From contig NW_025765547.1 of assembly GCF_003918875.1 (NCBI RefSeq), positions 682,001 to 746,000 of the forward strand: a DNA stretch of 64,000 nucleotides, written 5' to 3'. Origin of the DNA: Haliotis rubra (taxonomy: Eukaryota). The position numbers were made by a program, and so were the translations under genes. How positions within the stretch are numbered: the first letter of the stretch is position 1; each line of letters begins with the position of its first letter. Positions 12,683-25,240 of the stretch are shown piece after piece. The notes below the pieces were generated by a model. The model saw only the letters and a list, made by a program, of their open reading frames with translations, ran no database searches and was not told the DNA's origin.

Positions 12683-15600
12683 GACAGCTACCTTGTGCCA
12701 CATCTCTGTCATGCAACTTTGACGACGACATGTGCGGCTTTACCTCCAAAAATGTGACGGGATCGGGGTTTCTGACGTGGAGAAACGATCTACAGTTTGG
12801 TGGAATCAATGGATCTTCAGGTCAGTGGAAACGATATAGTGTGACGTCTTATTTTGCTACAATTTATCATAAAATAAGATCAAGCAAAAATGATGCCTTT
12901 AAACTTATCTGGAATATGCCCATATACTGTCCAAGAAAACACACCACCAACCAACCATATCTTGTCCGTTTTGATAAAGCCAATGAAACGATTTGTGTTA
13001 TTTAATTTTATGTCCCTTTGAACAGTAATGTGATTGATAAGATGCAGGAAAAACATGGCAAGTTATGGTATCTCGTTTACTAAATATCACACTTGTATTC
13101 CAAGTACCAAATTGTCCGACTGCCCATTGTTCTTGGCACTTCCTAATCTCTTGGATAACATTAGGAGAGTACCCGTGGTTTACTGCCAGGACAAGTGAGC
13201 TGAATATGAGCCTAACATGAATGACTGTGCCAAGATCACCCAAATCTTCTTTGTTGTATTTATATATTGTAACATGTAAATATCCCGTATCCTATTCATG
13301 CATTTTGGAATTGTCGTCATTCCCATTATTTCTGAAAATATTCATTTGACTTTGACATTGTCATGAGTGTATGAGAATAATAGCAAATATGAATTCAAAA
13401 CCAACATGAAAGAAGTATTTTGCGTGTGTTGACAGGGAGTTTCGTTCACCTGACAACTACCAGTATGCTGACAAAGGACGGCGAAACGACAGACTTGGTC
13501 AGCCCCCCTACTCTGCAACGGGACTGTAATGCTGTATTTTGAATACGTGCTGCGGGCACCAACTTCAGACACTCTGGACATCTTAGTTGCGACGTTGGAA
13601 GGGACATCTAAAGTCATCTCCTTGCCTTCGACACGAGGTTGGACAGCCACAAACGTAACCCTGCAAGCAGCAGGTGATTATCAGGTATGCAATCGTGGAA
13701 AGGGTATTTTCATAGTTAATCCGTCTTAATGAAGCAACAATGCTGTGGTGTCTTGGCGTCATGCTTTACCAAGCATTGCCACAATTCTAGACAATAAATA
13801 TGTCAGTTCTAAACAACAATATTAAACAGTTTGCTTTCTGGGTTTGCCGACTGTTATGACTTCATATGACGTCCTAAACACGTCAGATCAGTCTCAACAC
13901 TAAAGAACACTTACTGTAGTCCGTATCGCACACTGACGACCAACCGCCGACCCACACCTGTTACTTAATCCACTGTCAACCAACCGCTGGTACACTGTCA
14001 TCCCACACTGTATACTTGTTAATCCAATGTCGACCAACCACTGGTACACCGTCAACCCACACCCTATACTTGTTAATCCACTGTCAAATGCCGATGCTTG
14101 TTAATCCACTGTTGACCAACTGCCGATGCTCTGTTGATCTACTGTCAAATGTCCATGCTCTGTCGATCCACTGTCGACCAACTGCCGATGCTCTGTTGAT
14201 CCACTGTCAAATGTCCATGTTTTGCCGATCCACTGTCGACCAACTGCCTGTGCTCTGTTGATCCACTGTCGACCAACTGCCTATGCTCTGTTGATCCACT
14301 GTCGACCAACTGCCGATGCTCCGTAGATCCAATGTCGACCAACTGCCTATGCTCTGTTGATCCACTGTCGACCAACTGCCGATGCTCCGTAGATCCACTG
14401 TCGACCAACTGCCTATTTCCTTTGATCCACTGTCGACCAACTGCCGATGCTCTGTAGATCCACTGTCGACCAACTGCCTATTTCCTTTGATCCACTGTCG
14501 ACCAACTGCCGATGCTCTGTAGATCCACTGTCGACCAACTGCCGATGCTCTATTGATCCACTGTCGGCCAACTGCCGATGCTCTGTAGATCCACTTTCGA
14601 CCAACTGCCTATGCTCTGTTGATCCACTGTCGATCAACTGCCGATGCTCTGTAAATTCACTGTCAATCCATTGCCGATTAGTAATGAGCCGCGGTCCATA
14701 AGCTAGAATGACAACGTGAGCCCTCCTAGAAATAATCTTCTCAGTTAAGCTAACTGAAACGAATATATCTTTGCGGAATGCTTACAAAATATTTGTATCT
14801 GTAATAATTCCTTTCACAACGGAAGTGTGTTTATGTATTTGCAGATAATCTTTAGGGGCACACGTGACCACTATGGATCAATTGCTGCTGTAGACAACGT
14901 GCGTGGATGTGAGTATATCCAGGATTCCCTCCTCAAATCTGCTCCTCATTGACTCAGGTAATGGGGTTTCCACTGTAATGTTGACTGCTCACAGGGTATT
15001 GGTGTTTCGCCTGTTTCATATTTAGATGTACACAAAAAGATTCTGAGAGACAACAACAAATTCCACAAGACTGTGTAACTAAAGGGATAACATCTATGTT
15101 CCAACTTTAGCTTGGGTCAAACAAAATCCCAGCATTTAAACCCCTTCAGTGACTACATTTCACGAACTTTTGGGATGCAGATTATTGTTAGAAAGAGCAT
15201 CTTATGACTCTTGTTCTGAGGCTGTTTTCTCAAGGTGACAACATTCAAGGCTTCAATCAATCAAACTTTCAAAACGTAGCCTAATACGGTAGATATAATG
15301 AGGACGTTTCCAAAGTTTTCAGAATTATTGTACACAAATGTCCTTTGTCTGGACAGGACAATATGGAACTCTTCTATACACACACCATAAGTGTTTCAAA
15401 ACAATGTTTGTTACCACCAAAATACCCAAAACCAAAAGCTTTGATTGTTTTCTTTACAGATTCGGTTAAACCAACAGCATCAAAACTAGCTATGTACAAA
15501 TCAGCTACACACAAATCAACTTCACCTAAACCAACTACAGACACGACAACTACACCCAAACCAACTACAGACACGACAACTACACCTAACCCAACTACAG

Positions 15601-18600
15601 ACACGACAACTACACCTAACCCAACTACAGACACGACAACTACACCTAACCCAACTACAGACACGGCAACTACACCTAACCCAACTACAGACACGGCAAC
15701 TACACCTGACCCAACTACAGACACGGCAACTATACCCAAACCAACTATAGACACGACAACTATACCCAAACCAACTACAGACACGGCAACTATACCCAAA
15801 CCAACTACAGACACGGCAACTATACCCAAACCAACTACAGACACGGCAACTATACCCAAACCAACTACAGACACGGCAACTATACCCAAACCAACTACAG
15901 ACACGGCAACTATACCCAAACCAACTACAGACACGACAACTACACCTAACCCAACTACAGACACGGCAACTACACCTAACCCAACTACAGACACGACAAC
16001 TTCACCTAACCCAACTACAGACACGACAACTACACCTAACCCAACTACAGACACGACAACTACACCTAACCCAACTACAGACACGACAACTACACCTAAC
16101 TACAGACGACAACTACACCTAACCCAACTACAGACACGACAACTACACCTAACCCAACTACAGACACGACAACTACACCTAACCCAACTACAGACACGAC
16201 AACTACACCTAACCCAACTACAGACACGACAACTACACCTAACCCAACTACAGACACGACAACTACACCTAACCCAACTACAGACACGGCAACTATACCT
16301 AACCCAACTACAGACACGGCAGCTATACCTACCCAACCAACTACAGACACGACAACTATACCCAACTACAGACACGGCAACTATACCTAACCCAACTACA
16401 GACACGACAACTACACCTAACCCAACTACAGACACGGCAACTACACCTAACCCAACTACAGACACGGCAACTATACCCAACCCAACTACAGACACGGCAA
16501 CTACACCTAACCCAACTACAGACACGGCAACTATACCCAAACCAACTACAGACACGGCAACTATACCTAACCCAACTACAGACACGACAACTACACCTAA
16601 CCCAACTACAGACACGGCAACTATACCTACAGACACCAACTACAGACACGGCAACTACACCTAACCCAACTACAGACACGGCAACTATACCTAACCCAAC
16701 TACAGACACGACAACTACACTAAGCAACTACAGACACGCAACTACTACCCTAACCCAACTACAGACACGGCAACTATACCTAACCCAACTACAGACACGG
16801 CAACTATACCAAACCAACAACAGACAGACACGGCAACTATACCCAACCCAACTACAGACACGGCAACTATACCCAAACCAACTACAGACACGGCAACTAT
16901 ACCCAAACCAACTACAGACACGGCAACTATACCTAAACCAACTACAGACACGGCAACTATACCCCCAACCCAACTACAGACACGGCAACTATACCGAACC
17001 CAACTACAGACACGGCAACTATACCTAACCCAACTACAGACACGACAACTACACCTAACCCAACTACAGACACGGCAACTATACCTAACCCAACTACAGA
17101 CACGGCAACTATACCTAACCCAACTACAGACACGACAACTACACCTAACAACTACAGACGACAGCTACACCAACTACTACAGACACGGCAACTATACCTA
17201 ACCCAACTACAGACACGACAACTACACCTAACCCAACTACAGACACGGCAACTATACCCAAACCAACTACAGACACGGCAACTATACCCAAACCAACTAC
17301 AGACACGGCAACTATACCCAAACCAACTACAGACACGGCAACTATACCCAAACCAACTACAGACACGGCAACTATACCCAAACCAACTACAGACACGGCA
17401 ACTATACCCAAACCAACTACAGACACGGCAGCTATGCCCAAACCAACCAACTACAGACACGGCAACTATACCCAAACCAACTACAGACACGGCAACTATA
17501 CCCAAACCAACTACAGACACGACAACTACACCTAACCCAACTACAGACACGGCAACTACACCTAACCCAACTACAGACACGACAACTATACCTAACCCAA
17601 CTACAGACACGGCAACTATACCTAACCCAACTACAGACACGGCAACTATACCTAACCCAACTACAGACACGACAACTACACCTAACCCAACTACAGACAC
17701 GGCAACTATACCTCACCCAACTACAGACACGACAACTACACCTGACCCAACTACAGACACGGCAACTATACCCAAAGCAACTACAGACACGGCAACTATA
17801 CCCAAAGCAACTACAGACACGGCAACGTCACCCAAACCAACTACAGACACGGCAACGTCACCCAAACCAACTACAGACACGGCAACGTCACCCAAACCAA
17901 CTACAGACACGGCAACGTCACCCAAACCAACTACAGACACGGCAACGTCACCCAAACCAACTACAGACACGGCAACGTCACCCAAACCAACTACAGACAC
18001 GGCAACGTCACCCAAACCAACCACACCTACACCAACTACACACGAATCAACACCCACGCAGGCACCAACTCCTGACATCAAATCACCAGCCAACACAACT
18101 GAAACCGTATTAGTACAACAAACATTACACACTATTCTAACTTTCAAAAATCGAAGCGAAGAATGCACGAAGTTGAACAAACAGGGCAGTCATTCCCTTC
18201 AGTCAGAAACCGACATATTTCTAAACATCAAGCAAAAGGTTCAGACATACCCTTCAGATCTACAAACAAAACAGACAAACCTCCACACAACACAGACTCT
18301 CATGAACAAAGACCAGGCCTCGCTGCTAAAACAACAAATCCTGATGTTAGCCACGTCCCAGCGACTCGTCGTAGACATCGGCGACCCCAGAATCCACCCA
18401 TCGCCATCTGCCCTTCTACGTCAACTGGACTTTATCGAAGGCCAGATTAGTCTCCTACAGAAACTGCAGGACACGCTGATCAAGAACAACGAGGAGATTG
18501 TCCTCTTGCAACAACAGAAGGTCCTCCTCCACAGAGAACAGGGTCTGTTCCAGCTGGACACGTCGTCCTTGACCCCCGAGGAGCAGCTTCTTCATCAGGC

Positions 18601-18760
18601 CACACTGCTGAAGCTTCAGGCCTCGTTGCTTCACAAAGACGGTATCCTCACTCACATTGACGACAACATGACGTCATGTCTTAACCAAGAGATGATAATT
18701 ATTTTATCGCTTAGGGAGCATTTGTTGCAATACAGGACTACTTTAGGACTACAAGTTTAA
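12683..18760 (+). CDS. MAM-domain + Thr/Pro-rich mucin-like repeat + Leu/Gln-rich helical C-terminus protein (5' exon not identified; frame breaks in this assembly)
   Basis: Exons 12683-12820, 13436-13684, 14845-14908 and 15460-18760 with GT-AG junctions. MAM motifs SCNFDDDMCGF..W, GSFVHL..DLVSP, LYFEY, W..TNVTL..YQIIFRG..IAAVDNV. One extra C in the C6 run at 13503-13508 and indels in the repeat break the frame. AATAAA at 19119. Confidence 0.8.
14090..14680. repeat. 33-bp intronic minisatellite (CTGCCGATGCTCTGTTGATCCACTGTCGACCAA)n
   Basis: About 17 tandem units with a degenerate 5' flank, lying in intron 2 of the MAM gene. Confidence 0.9.
15520..18020 (+). repeat. 30-bp coding VNTR encoding P(K/N)PTTDT(A/T)T(T/I/S)
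   Basis: About 80 units. In frame with unique coding sequence at each end, with frame-breaking indels in the middle. Confidence 0.95.
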
Positions 18761-19515
18761 CGTTTTAATGGCACAACTATGTTGTGCAATTGTTGTCGTG
18801 TGAGGTCGAAGGCCTAGGTTCGATTCCCTGCATTGTGTGTATCTTGATTATTTTAAACAGTTCAAAACCATCCTGGATTGAAGTCCGATTACATTGTCTG
18901 TTTTATGATCGTCATGATTATGTTTCCCTTTAACAAAACATTCACTCACATTACGTATTACTGTCAATGAGAGATTGCAAGTGGACATATTTTGATAAAG
19001 TTGAAAATATTTAATCTTCTACATTTCTAAGGCGACTGCCATGGAAAGCTCATTCGCAATTAAAATGCATCTGCTTGCACATGCCTCTGTGTCTTGTCTT
19101 CAATGAATGTTGTACTCAAATAAACAATACTGTTAATGCAATATCTTGTCATTATTTCTTAAACAATTTCAATGTTGTAAACAAGTAAGCCATACAACCT
19201 TGTTTTACTACTACTACTGCTGCGACTGCCGCTACAACTACCCGTGTACAACTACGACGTCCCGTGAAGTTTTTATATATTCAGCAATCCTTGATAATCG
19301 TAAAAAACCGGATTGGTTTGACAGGCTTGCTGCCTTGGTTGACGCATGCCATGGTATCCCACCTGTGTGATCATGATGTCAATCACTAGATCGCCTGGCC
19401 CAAATTGATGATCTACAGACCGCCATACCACAAAGTAAGGATAGTGTTGACTGCAACGAGAAACAACAAACACGCAAAACTACTACTACTGCTGCTACTA
19501 CTACAAACACGCACA

Positions 19516-19573
<58 letters not shown>
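19516..19573. repeat. (CTA)n microsatellite
   Basis: Directly visible. Confidence 0.95.
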
Positions 19574-19906
19574 TATCGCCATCTTATAAGAGCAAGAGTG
19601 TGTAGTAGTTGTAAGAGGCCACATATTTAAATCGGGGGGTCAACCTCTGTGATGTGCTGCTCATCGTCGTGCACCGATGTCCTGTTTCCATGTTCGGTCA
19701 CTGGTGAGTTTCAGACAGGCGTTGCCGAAGTGGAATACTTATGATTTATTATACTTATGCACCTTTAAATCAATATCGGATGAAAATGAACACCTCTATT
19801 CGCCAAGGGAGTCTTTATTGCACAAGGTTTTACAGTCAATGCAGTTATGTACAAGCATGTTTGTGGTCCAAACCCCACCCTAACCCCACCCCTGTGAGTA
19901 TCTGGC

Positions 19907-22900
19907 TCAACCATAATAGGAGTTTGACGTCACAACGACGACCACGATGACGATGACGACGACCACAAGGACACAGCCACAGGCCACGGCCCACAGAGAG
20001 TAGCGCTTTGCCTGCGCGGACAGCATGAGAGCTGAAGGAACGTCTCCTCGGTCTAATGCTCGTCGAGCCTTCAAGGAAAGGACAAGAAGATTAGTCGGGT
20101 GTTACGATCTAGATTTGATCGGATAATTAATTAAATGCATTATACATATAAACTATGAAACATTTCTAATTATCCAATCTTCTTGTTCTCGAGACAAGTA
20201 CACATATCTATTTTCTGTATGTCGAAAAATGTGAACAAGAATGGTGTCTTGTTAAAGACATTATATTCGCCTATCCGCATCCGAAGTCTGTGGCCATTAT
20301 CCCGAAATAATCATGTTTGTTTATAGTGTAAGGTATGTATTTTGGATTACGCTTTCTAAGTAAAGAGGAAGTTCTAGAACCTTTCGGGGGGAGTTAAGTC
20401 CCAACCATCGAGCATGCAAATTCAGCCATTTTTTGTACCAGAATTTTCACTAAGATAGCGTAATCCATTATACAACCTATGTTATGATTGTGTCACACTC
20501 ACCTCTTGAGCTCTGAAGATTGCCACAATGCCTAACGGCCAGCAGCACAATACTGTAGCGAGGATGGCCAGGCCCATGTTGTCAGGTACCTCGGTCACGT
20601 GTCCTCGATAGACCCCTGGTTGGTGTACCTACAGAAACAGCAGAAAACTCAACATCACGCAAAGACATCTCATTAACTTGGATACCTTGATACACGAACA
20701 TTCATCGAGTTGTCCGTAGTTCGAGACAAGCGGACTCCAATATCAAACACCAGCGCTGAAGATCATAACGTCAGAATCATGGACTTACATTGTCGTTAGC
20801 CATGCATCGAGATAAACAACCGGTTAAGGTCGCGTATCAAGATTTGCTTTGGGCTTGCCTTAAACGTAAATTATCCGTATGGGGTTTGTCCTGAGCAAAG
20901 AAGGGGCGATGGGGTAGCCTAGTGGATAAGGCGTTCGCTCGTCACGCTGAAGACCCGGGTTGAGTCCCCACATGGGTACAATGCGTGAAGCCCATTTGTG
21001 GTGTCCCCCGCCGTAATAATGCTGGAATATTGTTAAAAGTGGCGTAAAACGAAAATGCCCAAAAGTGATCAACACGTACCGCTTGTGCAGCCGAAACTAC
21101 ACATGCAAACAGGGTATCTAAATGATAGGATTGGTTGGATGGTTTGTTGTTTAACGTTGCACTCAGCAATACTCGAGCTATATGGCGGCGGTCTGTAAAT
21201 AATCAAGTATGGACTAGTCAATCCAGTGATCAACAGCATGAGCATCGATCTGCGCATTTGGGATACGATGACATGTCAGCGAGCCTGACCACCCGATCCC
21301 GTTAGTCGCCTCTTACGACAATCAGTTGTTACTGAAGATCAATTCTAACCCGGATCTTCCCGGGATAATGAAGATCTTAGAGACCTCACAGAGGACAGTT
21401 ACTGACAGAGTCGCCAGAGATTGAGATGAGCTAAGACTTTACGTCGTTGGCAGCGACGTGACTGGCAGAGAGACGCCTTAATTGATTAAAGCTAGTTTTT
21501 TTCTGGTCACAGTTTAACGCCGAAAGGGAGGACGAACGGGGACATCTTGCATTCTAGAGGTCGTGCCGTATGGTGCACGGTGGCGTTATGGTGTTGGGAG
21601 GAACTTGACATCAGGAGAGAGCGAAAGGTCATCATCAACAGAAATTTGACAGCTGAGAGTTACATGGATGTCATTCTTGGTCCTCCCATTTCTACAAGAG
21701 CTACCTCTTGATGTCCTTTCTCAGCACTACACCGCCAGACCCCATACAGCAGGAATTGCACAGAATGCTCTGTCTACACGCTCCCCAGACACAGCGTTCG
21801 AAATAATTGCAGGCCCGGAGGCCCAGCGCCGGTTGTATCAGACTGGCAGTTTCAAATATATGCAGGCTCTTGTGGCCTTCAGGAAATTATCTCTGCTTTT
21901 TTAAAACTTTAATCTTTCCCATAATTGCTTTGCTTTTTAACGGTCGGGAATCACCCACTACTCATAATGTTATGATAACTTACAGTTTCACTTCCTGGTA
22001 GTTCAGCGCTTTGCGCATAGGTATGTCAACACCAGTCTTCAACAAATAAAAACTTCTCTCTGCGCCATAGGCTTCGCTAATTGATTTTGTAGAAACAGTG
22101 TGAAACTGTGTACAGTGTAGTCTATTTTGGTTTGTTTAAAAAATTGGGCCTGTAGATTTCATTCGGGTCTGTAGGCACAGCAGGCACTGATGGCCAACCG
22201 GGAAATGTCCACCATAGAAAACCTCTGGGTGTCAAAGATGGTCGTGTTAGCCAGCAACTACACCATCCAGCCAAACCACAAAAACAGATCCAGACCCTCC
22301 AACAAGAATGGCGTCATATCCCACGTGACGACTGCCATTTTGTCCGGAGAGTTCTTGTAACAGCAGGCGATGACCATACACGCTGTGACATATCACGTGA
22401 CTTAAGCGATTTTAGATGTGTGCGCCCATTGTCCATGACGATGAAAGCTTGTTTTTCACTATTACACCTGTTCCCGCAATTGACATGTCGATATCAATTG
22501 CTGTATGGCTATCATATTGAATGCTGTTTTCGTTGAAATTTTGATCTTTCTAATATATTTTACTTCATGCACCTATATTTTGTGATTTTTATACAAGATT
22601 GTTTTAAATCTATGGTAAAGTTTCATGCTATGTTAAATGGAGGCGGCGTTTAAGTAATCGCGTCTGATTGTTTGATCGGCATTCCAGAAGCTACTTCGTC
22701 AATAATGAAGCATAAAAATTTATGATTTGTAGTAAACTTGTATGCTTCAATATTAATCGCATCTGGACATGACAATAATACGAATAGCGCAGGTCCACGT
22801 CGTCGGAATGGTCATACCATCAACCACCAAGCCTGACCAGCTGTTCCCCTAGGTCGACGTTCGTAACCGTCGTGGGAAATGTCCAAATGGTGTCGTTCCC

Positions 22901-24147
22901 ATTGTCCGTGCGCCGAGATCGCCGTGTGGTACGAGCTCATTGTAGTCAAGATTCAAGTGCAAGCGTTACGATCTTCTTTGCGTTAAGATCACAACGTGGA
23001 ACGGAGCTCAGGACAGTTTGGTGGACATTTCGAACCCGGAACCCCATCAGTGTCTGTTTTAACCATAAGCCACATGTCCATGGAGCCCATCGTGGTATAC
23101 GATAACTTAATTATGTAAAGCAAAAATTACAGTCTTTGAAAATAAAAAACCTACTATAACTTGCTGTTGTCCATAAGGAGTACTATAGCCTTGCTGGCCC
23201 ACAGCTGCATAGCTCGGTACCCCGGGGGTGCCTCCTGGGGTGGGGCCGTAACCCTGGCTTTGCTGGTAACTGGGTGGGGCCCCTTGGGGTAAAAGTCCTG
23301 CGTGAAAAAATCACAGACTTTTTATCATCATCGTCAATGGCCTTCAAGGGCTAGTATAAGTGTTTGGAGCTTGAAGTGTTTACATGCATAAAGTATTGGA
23401 AAGCATATTTTACGAAGAAAACATTGGCATTTTTCCCTTCAGCATGAAGGAACTCAGACACTCATTCTTTAAGCAGTGGCGAGAACAGACATTGCTCAAT
23501 GACGTGTTATATTCTCAATGTAAACCCACTCACTCACTCTGTGAAGTTTGCGTAGATCGATATTCATGATGTTGGTCCCTGGATTGTACGGTTCAGAGTC
23601 GATTATGTACAGACCACACACACACACACACATATATATATATGGCATATTGCTGAGTGCGGCGTAAAACTAAATTCACACACTGAAGTAATGTCTAAAA
23701 TATCCTGTCTGTAACAAAACCTGCTCAGTGAGGTGTTAAACTCACTCACTTACTCACTCACTCTGGAAGCTGGGCAGAAAAACCCTGTTCCAGCAAATAA
23801 CCCCTACTCAAAATACTACTCAATGCGATGTTCTCCCTCACACACCGTCTTGTAAATAGTTTTTAAGGTTATATATTTTGTAATGTTCCCAATCGCTAAT
23901 ACAATTTAGAGAGCACATACTTAATGAAGGCTTGTCCCGTTCTACACAGATAATATTTCACATGTCGACCAGACACACCAAGCTATCAATTGTCTACCGA
24001 CATTGAGGTATGAATTTACTGCTTCTGTCCGCGCTATTAATTTCACTTGTACTCTACAAAATACATCATTCATATACAGTACAGAAAATTTAAATCACAA
24101 TTAAAATGTGTAAGAGTTCTAGATCGCCTACCTTCCTTTTCCGACAT
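19907..24147 (-). CDS. CD225/dispanin family membrane protein (PRRT1/IFITM-like), 148 aa
   Basis: Exons 24147-24132, 23297-23155, 20628-20503 and 20068-19907, all GT-AG and in phase. Protein: MSEKEGLLPQGAPPSYQQSQGYG..QQQVIVHQPG..VPDNMGLAILATVLCCWPLGIVAIFRAQEARRALDRGDVPSALMLSAQAKRYSLWAVACGCVLVVVVIVIVVVVVTSNSYYG*. Confidence 0.92.
20903..21052 (+). mobile_element. tRNA-derived SINE family 2
   Basis: Homologous to 10504-10666. Confidence 0.85.
21129..21365 (-). mobile_element. Short retroposon family 1
   Basis: Reverse-complement copy of the 2547 element. Confidence 0.85.
21540..21900 (+). mobile_element. Highly decayed Tc1 transposase remnant
   Basis: Fragments GGVMV.G, NLTAESYMDVILGP and QHYTARPHTA resemble the Tc1 QDNARPH region. 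Confidence 0.5.
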
Positions 24148-24226
24148 GTTTGTGTTGATATGACCTCAGAGCACAATGGGATATTGATGACCCTCGCCCA
24201 GTTATCAGCGAGTCGTATCAGTAATC

Positions 24227-24270
24227 ATCACGTGACTGAAGCGTGACCCTGTACGTGACGTCATATATCA
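24227..24270 (-). promoter_or_regulatory. Candidate proximal promoter of the dispanin gene (E-box/CLEAR-like site and CRE)
   Basis: ATCACGTGAC at 24227-24236 and TGACGTCA at 24256-24263, 80-115 bp upstream of the ATG. Confidence 0.4.
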
Positions 24271-24656
24271 CACCCACACGAGGTAATGATTCTGGTCAGT
24301 GTGTGTGGAAGGTGATGCATTTCGCAATGAGCAAGTGAATATGCGTTGTTGATATGTTGATCGACATGCGAGCTTGGGGTATCGAGGTAATTATAGTATC
24401 GTGATATATCGATATTCATTGCACCGCGAGGATGGCGAATCGTAACTCTAGTATCGGGATATGTCTAGTACCAAAACATCAAGTATCGCGCCGTATGGTC
24501 TTGAAAGCTTACAGGAGCTCTAGTATCGGAATATGTATCGTATCGTGAATATAGTCTCGCGGTATCTATCGTGTTGTTAGTTAGGCATATCGCAACAATC
24601 GTTATCATATGGTGAAGAAGGCGTATCGATCATGACTATATAGGGAAGCCGAAACA

Positions 24657-24900
24657 GGCAGTGAGTGAGTGAGTTTTACGTCGCACTCAGCAATATTCCA
24701 ACTATATGGCGGAGGTCTGTAAATAATCGAGCCTGGACCAGACAATCCAGTGATCAACAGCAATGAGCATCGATCTACGCAATTAGGATACGATGACATG
24801 TGCCAACCAGGTCAGCGAGCCTAACCACCCGATCCCGTCGCTTCTTACGACAAGCATGGGTTACTGAAGATCATATCTAACCCGAATTTTACGGGTTGTC
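24657..24900 (-). mobile_element. Short retroposon family 1
   Basis: TSD GCCGAAACA at 24648-24656 and 24901-24909. Confidence 0.88.
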
Positions 24901-25240
24901 GCCGAAACAAAGAAATGTTATTGTCCAAAACACACGAGCGATACCTGTATGAAATATATCCACATCGATTAACCCTTTCTTGGTTGTTCTATTTCACCAC
25001 TCACTGGGTATATCTGCCATGTGCACTTTCTAGCCCGCTAGTGTATTTAGAGTACTTCGACACAAGGCCACTGTACAGGTTTACAGAACTAACATTTTAC
25101 TAACCACCTGTTAGGGAGACGTTCAACTGTTCAATTCCTATATTTAGACACTGGTGGGATTAACAGACCAGGAAATTTACTCCTGTCAGAAAATTACTTT
25201 TCAAATCAATAAACGTAATATATTTTCCCTGAAAATGAAC

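Noticed and set aside
14016-14701. STEHRQLVDSG repeat ORFs
   Set aside because: Products of the 33-bp intronic minisatellite.
15374-18180. Val/Gly-rich and Cys-rich ORFs on the - strand
   Set aside because: Antisense shadows of the Thr/Pro coding repeat.
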